Source: Antedon mediterranea (Eukaryota; Animalia; Echinodermata). From it: 64,000 bases of DNA. Under the pieces are notes generated by a model. That model was not told the origin of the DNA, searched no databases, and saw only the letters and a list, made by a program, of their open reading frames with translations. This document shows positions 52,058-64,000 of the stretch, piece after piece. The stretch lies in NCBI RefSeq assembly GCF_964355755.1, contig NC_092680.1:8556001-8620000 (forward strand), given 5' to 3'. Numbering within the stretch: position 1 is the first letter of the stretch; each line of letters starts with the position of its first letter. The position numbers and the translations under genes are program-made.

Positions 52058-54798
52058 ACGATTTGGTTTGAGATACTTATGTTGTAAAAACTGTTCCAAA
52101 CTGCATTCTAATTCTGTCTTCGTCGAAACTGTTGACCGACTTTATACCGAGAGCTATTGAAATATTTATTCGATCTTCGAAAAGGGTTTCATTATTCGAC
52201 AGCTATTGAAAATGTATATTTTGTAATAAAACGTCTTCCAAAAAAATAACATTTTATTTGTAATAGTTACAGTATTTTATATTATTAATAGTACAATATT
52301 TTATCTAAAATAGTGAGAATATAGCAATATTTCAAATATGAAGCTACCAGCATCACATTTCATATGTCAATCACTATTTGGTTTTATTAACAATTTGCTT
52401 TAATTTTTTACGGTATTCGTTGTATTATATAATTATTAAAACCCTAGCTATAGCTATAGCTGTAAAACATAACATTACTGATTCGAATTGATCAAATTTA
52501 ATTACAAATAACTTAATGTTAAATAAAAAGGTCATCAGTTATTAATACTGTCAATCTGTTTGTTATTATTAATTCTTTTTATAATACAAAATTAGACACT
52601 ATCATGTAAAACGTAAGATCAACTCTATCCATCCATGGAGGCCCAGATCAACATAGGAATTTCCATGGAGCCATGCTCATACCAAATACATATTTATAAA
52701 ATGCAACACATACATAATAAAATATTTATCATTTAAAATATACTGTACAATAAAAGGATTATTATCATATTATTATTGTTTTAAAAAAAGGACGAAGAAA
52801 AAAAGATTTTGAGTGCTGTACTGTGCCTGTTGGTTGATATTTAATATGGTTTTTTAAAAACTATAAATACCGGTTATGTCGTTTTATGTTTTATCTGTGT
52901 TTTTTAACTGGTTATTACATATTTGTTCACTCATTAGCCATAGTTTGCTGCTCTAATCATGAAGATTGTGATTAATTTAATAAATAAAATAACAAATACA
53001 ATAATATCATATATCCTTAAATTGGTTTAAGCATAATTTACTTCTTTCTTCTAATCATTATAGTAAAACATTTTATTTGTTCATATTTTATATATTATCA
53101 TATATTATAACATCCAAAATTAAATCTCCGCCTCCCTCGATGGCATTAATTCCAACTCCATTGTTACATGAAAAGTTGTCTCCGCCCCTTTCATTCATAT
53201 TGCAACTCTATTGTTATGTAAAACGTTATCCCCGCCTCCTTCGGACAAGCTCCACCTCCATTGTATCGTATCTCCGCCCCCTTTGTTTGTAAAACAATAG
53301 CAACGTGGCGTCTGCTTTTTTTTAAATGAGCTTACGAATGTCTCTTACTGTCGAATACAAATTATATTAGCATAGCGATGTTTTTTAATTTGCATAACAA
53401 TAAAAATGCCAATCATTATTCCATTCCCCTTTCTTTTAACTCCTCCCCAATTAATTTTGTTACTTAGCACGTCAATTTTGTTTCTAGAAAAATGATTAAG
53501 ACGATAATGATACTAATAATGTTACAATATAGAATTGTACCTTGTAAATCGTTCATTAAGAATGCAATTAGTACACATAATGATACCATACCATTACAAT
53601 AAAAAGAATTATATACACAGATGGTATTGAATCATACACAAAGTGCATAACAGTGGTACCACCATAATAAAGTTACGATTCACCATATTTTATTGTAGAT
53701 CAATATTATTTAATATCACGTTGTGCGTTTTAAATAACAGTGTTTTTATTTTATGTACTCGACGTATTGACTTTGTTATTGACGTTGTTGTATTTCAACT
53801 TGATCTACTGCCAAGAAAGTCACATTTTTATATTACTTTTGTTAAGCCTCCATACAAATGTGTTGTTTTTTTTTTGGAATCTGTATGTTTCTATAGCTAG
53901 CATAACAAAATATCAAGAATTAAAGGCAATGTTGGATAACATATTATAACTTACGACACCCTGACTAGTGTTTCTAACTATTAAATCTGATATAATTGAT
54001 GTGCAATCTTATTTTACTTTATTTATACACTGTTTGTTTTCTATTCTCGACATGTCTTTCGATCGATGATTGAAGAACAATGTTTTTTATGCAAACAAAG
54101 TTTTCAGCTATTCATAGATGCTGGTTTTGTATGTTCTAGCCTATAGCTTTAATAAATACCAAATAATAAATCTTTTTTTATATTTTGTTTTTGGAATCTC
54201 ATATAATAACCTCTAAAATAAAAATCTTAATCATTTTATTTCAATTTTGTGGAATAATGCTCAAACTTAAAATTTAAAACAACATTTTCGCCAGTTTGTA
54301 TTACAAACGTATGTAAAATAAGTTGCATATGGCATCTTTTTTTTACAGACACTTACTGTTGTATCAACTAATGTAGTTTATTCTATGAATTCACATAATA
54401 ACAGCAACAAGTTCATTGAATTTTATTTACTTAATGTTAACACGTTTTTTGACAGGCAAATATTGAAACACACATCAAACTTTATTCTTCCAAGACAAAA
54501 AGTGCATGAAATCTCTTTTGCCTCGACAGAAAATACATTATAGAAATTATTAATATATACAGCACTAAAATCTATACTTAAATTAGAAAAATAGAAAGAA
54601 GAGAAAAATAGGGCAAAAGAGATGCAATCAACGAAAATACACTGTGTGAATAAAAAAGACTTATATCGAAGAAGATGTGAATGAAAGGAGTATATGTTTT
54701 GATGTAATATTGTTTCTGGGCTTCTTAATATCATTTTTGAAAACCCAACAGTTGTAAACTGGCATCACAAAATGCATGAGTAGGCCTACACTGTAAAA

Positions 54799-54911
54799 TG
54801 TTGATATAAAGTTTGAGAAGACGATCAAAGCATATTGATCGAAACGTCGAGAAACTCAACAGTTCTTTTCAGAACTAATATACGTGGTGTACCGCAAACT
54901 TTATATCAACA
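54799..54911 (+). mobile_element. Penelope-like fragment with hammerhead-like motif inside a 17-bp inverted repeat
   Basis: TGTTGATATAAAGTTTG / CAAACTTTATATCAACA flank TTGAGAAGAC-GATCAA-AGCATA-TTGATC-GAAA-CG-TC. Confidence 0.5.
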
Positions 54912-56397
54912 TTGATTTCGCCATGCAAACCTTCAAACAATACATTACAATGTAAAAGCAAGATTGATTCGATAATTAGCGTACGTTATCCATTCTTCAT
55001 CTGAAAACCATGTAATTTAAGAGAAACAATAAGAAAAAATACGTGTCTGAAGTCAGCCTTTATTTCTGCAATTTAGCAATTATAAGAACTGTCGTTTATT
55101 TCAATTACAATCAATCATCTCTAGATTTTACTATCCAATAATTTACTATTGTTTTCGTCATTATCACCTTGATTGTAGTAAATGACTGATTTGTAATTAA
55201 AGACAAGACTGTCTACCTGATATATCATAATCTACTTTCCTCTATTCAAGTTTTTGAATGTTGAATTTACACTTAGGATGACGTTGATTCGACAGTCCAT
55301 ATCATTTTAGAAAAGGGCATTTTAAAGTTTAAATTAGATAGTTTGTATACATCCAATTTCAGATAACTTCTATTACTACCAGTAATTATCTTCATTATAT
55401 TATCGTAATTTTCATAAAAACCTTTATTTATTGTATAAGCTTGTCTTCATTTTGACAAAAGCACGAATTTAGCTATTGATTACATTAAAAGGTCCTGAGA
55501 ATAATAGAATAAACCAAGAGAATGATTTCTCTTCCACGATTTCTCATTGCAAGTTCATTCAGAAAGATCGTCATTCATTTACTCCATTTATATAAAACAA
55601 TCCCACTTTAGCCAAGGATAATATGATGTAACATTGATAACACTTTCTGAACGTTTGTCTGTTAATATTAAATGTATGTGTTGCTACCACCTACCTAATC
55701 GGTTTTATCCTTCAAAAAATGCAATTAGAAAAACATTTGAAAAAAAAAAAACAATATTAGGATTATTTTCAGTATAGGCCTATAATACAAACTGAACGCC
55801 GGGATTTTTTATTGCAATCTATTGTGTGGTTTGATGATCTAAATAATGTATGATCATATTGATTACAGTCCTATACCACTTAATTCTCTATCTATCAAGA
55901 ATCCAAGATATATTATATAACTCACAATTTGCATGTCTGTCCATGTCCAAAATGTAGGTTAAAGAGATACAATTAATCAATAATGTTTACCCCAAAAAAT
56001 GTATTAAAATAATAACAATTCAACTTTTAACCCGATAGGCATATAACAGTAATTCTTTGTAATGTATTCCAGTGTTTCCAGAGGTTCTAGATTTCTATAG
56101 TTGAAACTAATTGAATGGCACTTTCAGTTACTATTAAAAATTGAATCTAGTTAATGTAACCAGCAATTTCTACATTTTTCATGACCTTTTTTGTGTGTTT
56201 TAACCTAGTTATAGTTTTTTTCCATTGCAATGAAGATCTTTACCAACTTTTCTAATAAAACTGGATTACAACGATTGTACAACGACGCAAGCGAGTTGAC
56301 CAATAACAAAGTTTAACAGTAATCCACCCAACTTTTGTTGCGCTTGCGGTGTCTACACAGCATGTCAACTTTGCGCCGCAATTTACGATATATCAAA

Positions 56398-57720
56398 TCT
56401 ATATATAAATTATGGTTAATTCTGACATAGGCGAGCACAATGCAAAAACTTCGGTACAAATCTCCGCCTTGGATACCTACCTTATCTATCCGAGATGCAC
56501 CGCGAAACGTAGATTTGATAACATTAGTGTGCACGCCGACGCTATTGTTCCATATTTATATCTTAGGAAGATATTATAAAGAGTTTTTTAACAACATTTA
56601 TGATTTCAACATTGGATTTTCCTCTCAATTTCAATTCTTCCCGGTCAAAGTAATTTCCGGGTTTAAGATAAGTTCACCTTAGTTTCAAATATTTTCTCTC
56701 TTTTATACACAAGGGAGCAGTTAAAATAATAGATTTGACCCTAAAGGTGACTGGAAACAGGCACTTTCCATCAATTAATACAGTGTCCCTTTGGAAGACG
56801 AAAAAAAATTGGCCATTAATCATAGCCATTTCAGTTTTTTGTTTATTTTAAAACATACCACACGTGTGTGAAGGTACAGTAGTTAAATAATAGGAATTAT
56901 ACTGCAAATTAATAAAGATCAAATTAAATATACGCCATAAAGAATCAGAATATATTGTGGGGAATAGTATTATAAAATTACATAGGGAGATTTGATAAGA
57001 CATTTTTCGAGTGAAATCCCGATAGCTGAGTTTTATTGAGTAAGCTTGCAGGAATAACTGTAGGCTATCTTCCTGTGTCCCGTTAGGACCGAGATGTCTG
57101 CCCATGTTGCAAGCCGTAATGTCTTCTTTCTTGGGCCCACTCTGTCACGGCAGTTAGTTTCAAAAGATGATTAAATTAAATAATGTATTAATAATTATTA
57201 GGATGGTATTCATTTGAATAAACGCCTCTCCAATAAAACATCACTTTGAATAATAACCCCCCCCCCCCCCCACAACCCAACTATCTAATAAACGTCCATC
57301 CACATATTTATAATAACACAATTATACTATTTGTAGTAGAATTCACCGCACTGTTATCTGCAATTTACCAAGCATTTGTTATTCTTTTTTACCACTTTTC
57401 ATATCTATGAGAGGATTTCATTTGATTATAAATGTTACCATATTATTAGAACTAAAAAATTTAACATATATCCCTCGAATAAGCACCTCCCTCAAATGAC
57501 CTCCGCCTCCCCAAAGGGCCCTACCAAACAATAAAAACTATACTTTAAAATGTTATTAATCATCTAAAACACTGTGAAACAAAGTAGTTCAGTTTTACGA
57601 ATGTCAAGCATTTTCAATAATGGTAACCGACAGAAAATGTATAAGGAGAACATTATCATTCCGAGAACCATCGTCTACACTTCCTAGAGGGGGAGCGAGC
57701 GAAGCGAGCTCACCCTCTAG
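56398..57720 (+). mobile_element. Non-autonomous Helitron
   Basis: A|TCTATATATAAATT 5' end; 3' hairpin CTAGAGGGGGAGC-GAGCGAAGCGA-GCTCACCCTCTAG|T; shares CGAGAACCATC subterminal motif with the 34952 element. Confidence 0.75.
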
Positions 57721-58400
57721 TACAATTAATTTTGCTTAAAATGATTTCCGATTAATTAGCTCATACTTAGCCTATTTCACGACGATTCTGCTTTATATCT
57801 GTCTAAATAAGTTGGATTATCTTCAATTCAAATATAAGGTTTTTATCTTATTATACCAAACAGTATATATTTTAAACCCAAGGCTACACATTAATTAAGT
57901 TGAGTTTTCTTCAAACTCCTGTAAGATGCCAATGAAAATGTTGAGAAACTGCAAAAACATAAATAATGACATAAAATCAGACATGTTAAACTCTTCAACA
58001 TGTTTCCAATTTCAATTATCGACAAGGAAATATCAATTCAATGATAGTTTAACCAAAATAGTCTAATTGACTTTTCCGTTTGGTTGGTACGAAATAGTAT
58101 TTTAATGAGTTTTAATTAGGCCTACACTTTGATTAAACAAGGCCTAAAATATTAGTTTACGCATTTCTGACAAAGTGGTTGGAAATAATAAGTAATAGAA
58201 TTAATGTTTATCTCGCTTACCTATTCGTAATCGTAGTTTAAGAAATTCCGACCTATTTTGTATATCGTTCATTTTATTTTTCTATTTCATGCGATTTTAA
58301 TCAATGTACAGTAAGAATATTTATAACTTAGTTTAAGAAATCTTATTTCGTATAATTTGAGGTTACTTGTAATTATTGCTTATGATGTTTGTCTTTATGA

Positions 58401-58483
58401 TGTGAAGCGCCTTTGAGCATGAGTTTTCATGAAAAGGGCGCTATAGAAATCTGGTAAATAAATAAATAAATAAATAAATAAAT
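58401..58483 (+). mobile_element. L2-type LINE/SINE 3' tail
   Basis: TGTGAAGCGCCTTTGAGCATG...CATGAAAAGGGCGCTATAGAAAT stem-loop followed by (TAAA)n. Confidence 0.65.
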
Positions 58484-59228
58484 ACCTCAAGCCTGTTTTC
58501 CACTAATCAACTTTATTCGTGCGAATCAAACAGCCCTGAGCTCTGATTGGTTGCACATTTAGTTAAATGGGAAAAGTAGACAGAAATTTGAATACGCATG
58601 TGCATAGCGTGCTTTCAATTTAAGCGAATAAATTGAAAACCGATGGCTTATCAATAGACCATAATTCGCGTCCATTATTCATTATTGCGATATGCCTGTA
58701 TTTATTTTTAGCCCTAAAAAAAAAGAAAAAAACGCCCTATATTTTTAAGGAATCTCATAAACTATTTCTTGCATTTACTTTTTTTTATGAAACAAAAGAA
58801 ATTGTATATTTTAGTAACAATTAACTTTTATCGAAACGTATTGTAGTCTTAAAATTACGACTGAATGATAATAAAATTGAATTAATATATAGAGGCATAC
58901 ATGAGATGGTATAAAAAGAGGTATACGGAATTACGTGTACTTCATTGAACTATTCGACATGTGTTAATTTTTTTTGCGGGCAACTAGTCTTATTTGATAG
59001 ATAACTTTATATCTTTACTTTAAACAGTGCATATTTAAGTTATTTTTATATCATTTGCAAATAGTAAGATTATAATATTATAATCTAACAACATTATATC
59101 TTAGTAATTGAAACACATTTCAGAAAGGAGTATGTGCAAAAAAGAGAGAAACTCTAAGCATGAGGGGAGTAATTATTAATAGTAATCTTTAAAATAAATT
59201 ACTTAATAATAACTAAGTATAAAGTTGG

Positions 59229-59813
59229 GAAAATATTTTCCATTTTAACTTTCTGTATTTATAAAAGTAAAGTCAGTCATAGACTCGGTCTTGTAAACAA
59301 AATGTCCATGGTTAATGTTTACTGCTGAGTTAGAAGGTATAATCAATAGTGAGTTTTTAATAAATAAAGAAAAGGCAAAAAAAATGTGGTCAGATATGGA
59401 CCATAACAATTTAGCAAGGTATAAAATTAACGTTTATAAAATTGATATTTAGGTAAAGTAAAATATAACTATTTTTCTGGTTGCATGAAAGAGATAAATA
59501 GAGTTATAAAAAAAAGAATTCTGTGCTAAATTATACGTATGCTGTTAAGGATTGAACACTGGGCATAGTGCATCAGGTGTACTCACTTGATGTACTAACT
59601 GTTATGTAAAATTGTATAAAATAGAGGAAAATAATTGTTTTTTCCTTACTATTATATATATTGTAGGAGTGAGATATAAGAGGTATTTATTGAAAGTCAA
59701 TGTCAGTTGTAGTGTATCATAATATTACATTAATCAAGTGCAATGCATTGTAAACCAACATTTTATTGATGAAGAAATAAAAGTGGGTCGAACCTACATA
59801 AGACAAAAAAAAA
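59229..59813 (+). mobile_element. 3' fragment of L1/Tx1-like LINE family B
   Basis: Homologous to the reverse complement of 12647-13203; ends GAAATAAAAGTGGGTCGAACCTACATAAGAC(A)n. Confidence 0.7.
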
Positions 59814-62199
59814 TGTTAAACTACGACTAAAAGTTATCTATTTAAGAGTTACTATATGTACATGTACAGTTCAAACTTTGGTGTAGAAACAATAAAGGCA
59901 CATTGAGATTGCTGGTAGTGCCTTGCGTTTGCCCCTGAAGCAAGCTGGAAGGCCTAGTGCAATTGCGTTGTTTGTCTAATTGGTGTTTGACTTTTAAGTC
60001 ATTGCCAATATTCTGGTAATGGCTATTAATACGTCACGTGAGCATGTATATATATCGAAACGCTTACTTACATTGACTATTGTCTTTATTTGTGAATTTA
60101 TTATTTATTTATTTCCACTTTACTAGATTTTTCTTAGATCTTAGTCATTTTCTTAGATATATTACGTATATTTTTGGTATTCCAAAATAAAATGAATGAA
60201 TTAATGCACGCTATATCAACGTGGTACATAATATAGTGCCAAACAACACTAAAGTTGATAGGCCTACACCAATCATTTTAATATGCAAAAGGACATCAGA
60301 AGAGATTAGGCCTAGGCCTATAAACTATAAATACTAGAAAAATCTCACTCTTCCACGATAATACACGGGAAAAAAGTTGATGGATCTTTGTTGAGAATTG
60401 AAGCTGCGACGGAAGTAGAAATGGGAGTAACATATTTGTCCTACACTAGCATATTCTCAACAAACTGCCTACTCTTTATGTATTTATATAACACCATACT
60501 GACATGGTTGTAAATGTTTACGCTTCATTTGTTTAGTTATCACTAATGAACTATATAATTTAATGACATATTATTAATCATATGCTAGTGATGTTTATGA
60601 TCTAATAGTCATGTGACATCGCATTATATACCATCATTCTTTTGATTCAAGGCCGTCAACTTGATGGTAGTCTTATCATGAGGTATAAACCTCCATGGTC
60701 TTATAAAGCTACGACAATATACATGGCTTCATTAACAATAATTAAAGAACGCTATCATCTTTAATATCATGGTTGCTGTAAATATTCTGATAAAATGATT
60801 TATGACTATACCTTTCCGGTAGATCAAGTATGCGATTGATTGATTAATTGATCAACAAATGATAATAGTAGATTGATTGATTGATTTAATTTAATATTAA
60901 TTTAATATTGTGTATGCTTTACGTACACGCAACGAAGGGAATTTGACCACTTCGTTGTGTCGCTTGCGATTGGTCAAATTATTTGTGCGCGTAAGAAGAC
61001 AGTATTTTCTTCAGTTAGTCCTATTATTAAACTAGAACTATAGGCTAGACCATTATAACTGAATGAATATTTTGTTTTTACTTAATTGTAGCCTAATAGT
61101 ACAAAATATAAAAGCTTGTGTTATACAAATAATATTATATAATACATCATAAAATTAAAATTAAAACTTAACATCATGATGTGAATCTCTAGGTTTTGAA
61201 TACACTAGGTCTATTTGTACAAAAAATAAGTTTGTCGAAATGTAAGCAAAATATGTTAGCTTGAAGAGTGAAGTGATATTGATAATACAAATAACTTTAA
61301 TTAGAAACGTGATGATGAGTACAATTGTACAATTAGGCCTATCCATTCCATTCGTTATTTGACCGAGAATCATTCGCTTAAACTATGACCCATGAACGAT
61401 TAAACTTTAGAATATAACATTTAATACATGCTGAGAATAAATCATATTTGACACACAATAACTATTATGAATTTATAAATTTGGACACAAACACCTTTTT
61501 CTTCAATAATTTTACATACAATATACCAGTATTTGTATTGATTAGCGATGTGCTTGGCATTTATAGTGACATTTACATGACAGGCCCAGTGATGGACACT
61601 ATCGTATTATTTATTGAAGTCTTTTAGCGGTCAATTGAGAACACACACTTTCAAATGTATTCGCAGAAACAAATCGTTGGTATGCGTATGTGTTCATATT
61701 TCAATTTAAATGTTTGCTAGTTCCTTTGAAAATCTCAATGTTTTGTTACTTATAACTTATCACTATAATGCTGATTAACGACACCTTTGTTTATGGGAAA
61801 TGACTGTTTTACTTATTTTATTATTATTGTTCTTAATATGTAAAAGGGTCCTACAAAAAAAACACGAAGCTACAGCTTTTTAACGCAGGATCCTTGTTAT
61901 CAGTTGTATTGCAATTATGACGTAATTGATGACTAAATAAAAATGTGGAATAAATGAAAATGAAATGAAATAATGTACCTAAATTATGGAATAACGTTAT
62001 TTGCTACAAATTTTTATTGTTTTCTATGTTTTTAAGAAAAACTAAAAACTTATGTTACTCTGAATTATGAAGAAATTGTTTAGTGTATCAGTTTTTGAGA
62101 GATGTACTGTACCACAAAAACATGAAAATTGAAGATTAATCAAATCAGACTGTGAATAGGTTATTATATAGTTTTAATAACGTTAATTCCTTCCGTTAA

Positions 62200-62400
62200 A
62201 AAAACGGGGAAAAAATAACGTTTGTCACATAAAATGACAACATTCAACTAAAGACCCATCGGCTGGCAATCAATTTGATTAATCTTTGGTTTAAATTACA
62301 GTTTTTCAGGTAAATAACATTTTTTCGATTCAATTTTTATGGATAACTATTTTGTAACAATCAACAACAAACAATTTTTTTTCAGGGGGACAATAAATCT
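62200..62400. mobile_element. Partial Kolobok-like MITE
   Basis: Ends TCAGGGGGACAATAAATCT|TTAA; left boundary uncertain. Confidence 0.55.
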
Positions 62401-64000
62401 TTAAATGTTTTAAAGATTAGATAATAGAAAAAAGGTTATGGATTGATGTTTCTTTGGCTTATGAGTTTTGTTTTCGTTTATTTTATAATCTCTCTAGAGA
62501 TTTCTATCACTGTTCAAACACTTTTTTAAAATAATTTAATGAATCATATATGAGTGTAAAAATACTACATGCATTTATTATGCTTATCTACTAACAACAT
62601 TTTTAAATATGTTTATGGCAGTAAAAGTGTCGAAAGCGGAGGTAATAAACGTGTCATTTTTAATAGTCTATTTATCGGCGGAAAGGACATTTCATATTAT
62701 GGTGGTGGTGGCTTTACTCTTATGTTTTTGTTGTTTCAAAAATCTCTATTTTTTTTTTTTATATATATCTTTATATGCAATTGATCCTTGTAATAAGTTT
62801 CCCAAGTATTTAATTTTACCATATTTCCTCATTTTTTTTAAATAAACATAGTCAACTAACGGTGACAAAACACAAAAGTCAAAATTAGGCACTGTCGCTT
62901 GGTGGTTGACAAGTTTGTTTCAAATACTTGGGATTTTTCTCAATACCGCCACTACACCACAAATGAGACTTCGTTTCTCAATCTGTAATTGCTTATTCTT
63001 GTATTTACCATTGATGGTTTGAAGTGCAATTAATTTTGCGTCAAGACTAACACATGATCAGACACACGAATAATCGTCTGGGTCTAGCAATCACCTGATA
63101 TAATTATTTAGTTACGTTCTATTCTATGTTTTACGTCTATCATTCAGTCTTACAATAAAAAGTCCCATTGCATCGGAAATCATAGATTAATTTTTGTTTG
63201 TTGGATAATGCATTAGTTGGACAATAAGCAAACAATTCATGGAGCCATATAAAGATTTTCACCTTCAAACAAAACTTTTCTTAAATCGTCATTAAGTCGT
63301 TTGCTAAAGTATTAATGTATTCGCAACCAGTAGTGAAAAACACCCCTTTGTTTCTAATAGTTCACACCACTATCCAAACATACTTGTTAGACGTCACTCA
63401 GAATTCTAGGTACCGTCAATTCAATGTAATTTAGTTATCTTAAGTTTGCATGAATCGTATAGTATGAGTGCCGGGTAAATTCCTTAACATTTTTACGCCT
63501 TTTTGTAGTTGGTTTTGTTAATTATTTACTCATTAGTAAAGTACTATTGTCTGGTTAAAGACTTGTGAAAGGAACCTTAATTAATGGTCACAATAATGAA
63601 TAAGTGATTCTTGAGAATTTGTTGATTGGCAACCGTTAATGTTTCAAATGTGTGTTATAATACCAGGTGGATTGTGGGTAATGAGTAAAGGGCACCCCCA
63701 TCGCCTTGCAAAAGAAAGAGAGAAAACGATTTCAATCTATAGGCCTAGCCATCCATGTATCACAACATGGTTTTAATAGTAGATTAAGTCCAACTTAAAA
63801 TTCATGAGTTAGATATTTTTAGAAATAATTTGCGTATGTTTCGTAACAACATTAGTAGAACTGTGTCGTTTGTCTGTGTTCCCCTCCTGTAAATTGGTAA
63901 ACTTTGAGTTTGTTGGCTTGGAAAATAAATGAATATAAATAAATAAAAACGAAATTTGCTTTACTATACTTCATTACTAAGGTCAGTAATATTCTAACTC

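Noticed and set aside
1-64000. Remaining 60-110 aa ORFs in the track as genes
   Set aside because: Low-complexity I/F/L/K/N composition expected from AT-rich non-coding DNA, many inside repeats, no recognisable motifs

Overview
AT-rich eukaryotic (animal, invertebrate; most likely an echinoderm or other non-vertebrate deuterostome, which is inference) genomic DNA with spliced genes. It is not prokaryotic, and there is no CRISPR, rRNA or clear tRNA. Three genes can be assembled across GT-AG introns: (1) a two-coding-exon, unusually short Toll-like receptor on + (15598-16673 + 17113-17665, 542 aa, about 8 LRRs, TM, TIR), preceded by NF-kB, ISRE and Ets-IRF motifs; (2) retinal homeobox Rx on - (43668-38731, 3 exons, 300 aa); (3) homeobrain Hbn on - (49524-47679, 3 exons, 294 aa), only about 4 kb upstream of Rx in the same orientation, i.e. 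the Hbn-Rx part of the ancient HRO paired-class cluster, with no Otp visible. A weak candidate minus-strand gene or pseudogene lies at about 3.0-4.6 kb. The rest is non-coding and full of transposon relics: two non-autonomous Helitrons, Helentron/HINE-like elements, Kolobok-, Mutator- and Harbinger-type MITEs, L1/Tx1 and L2/CR1 fragments, and Penelope-like terminal repeats carrying minimal hammerhead ribozymes. An unexplained palindrome TAGGCCTA occurs at least 29 times. All coordinates were read by eye and repeat boundaries are approximate.
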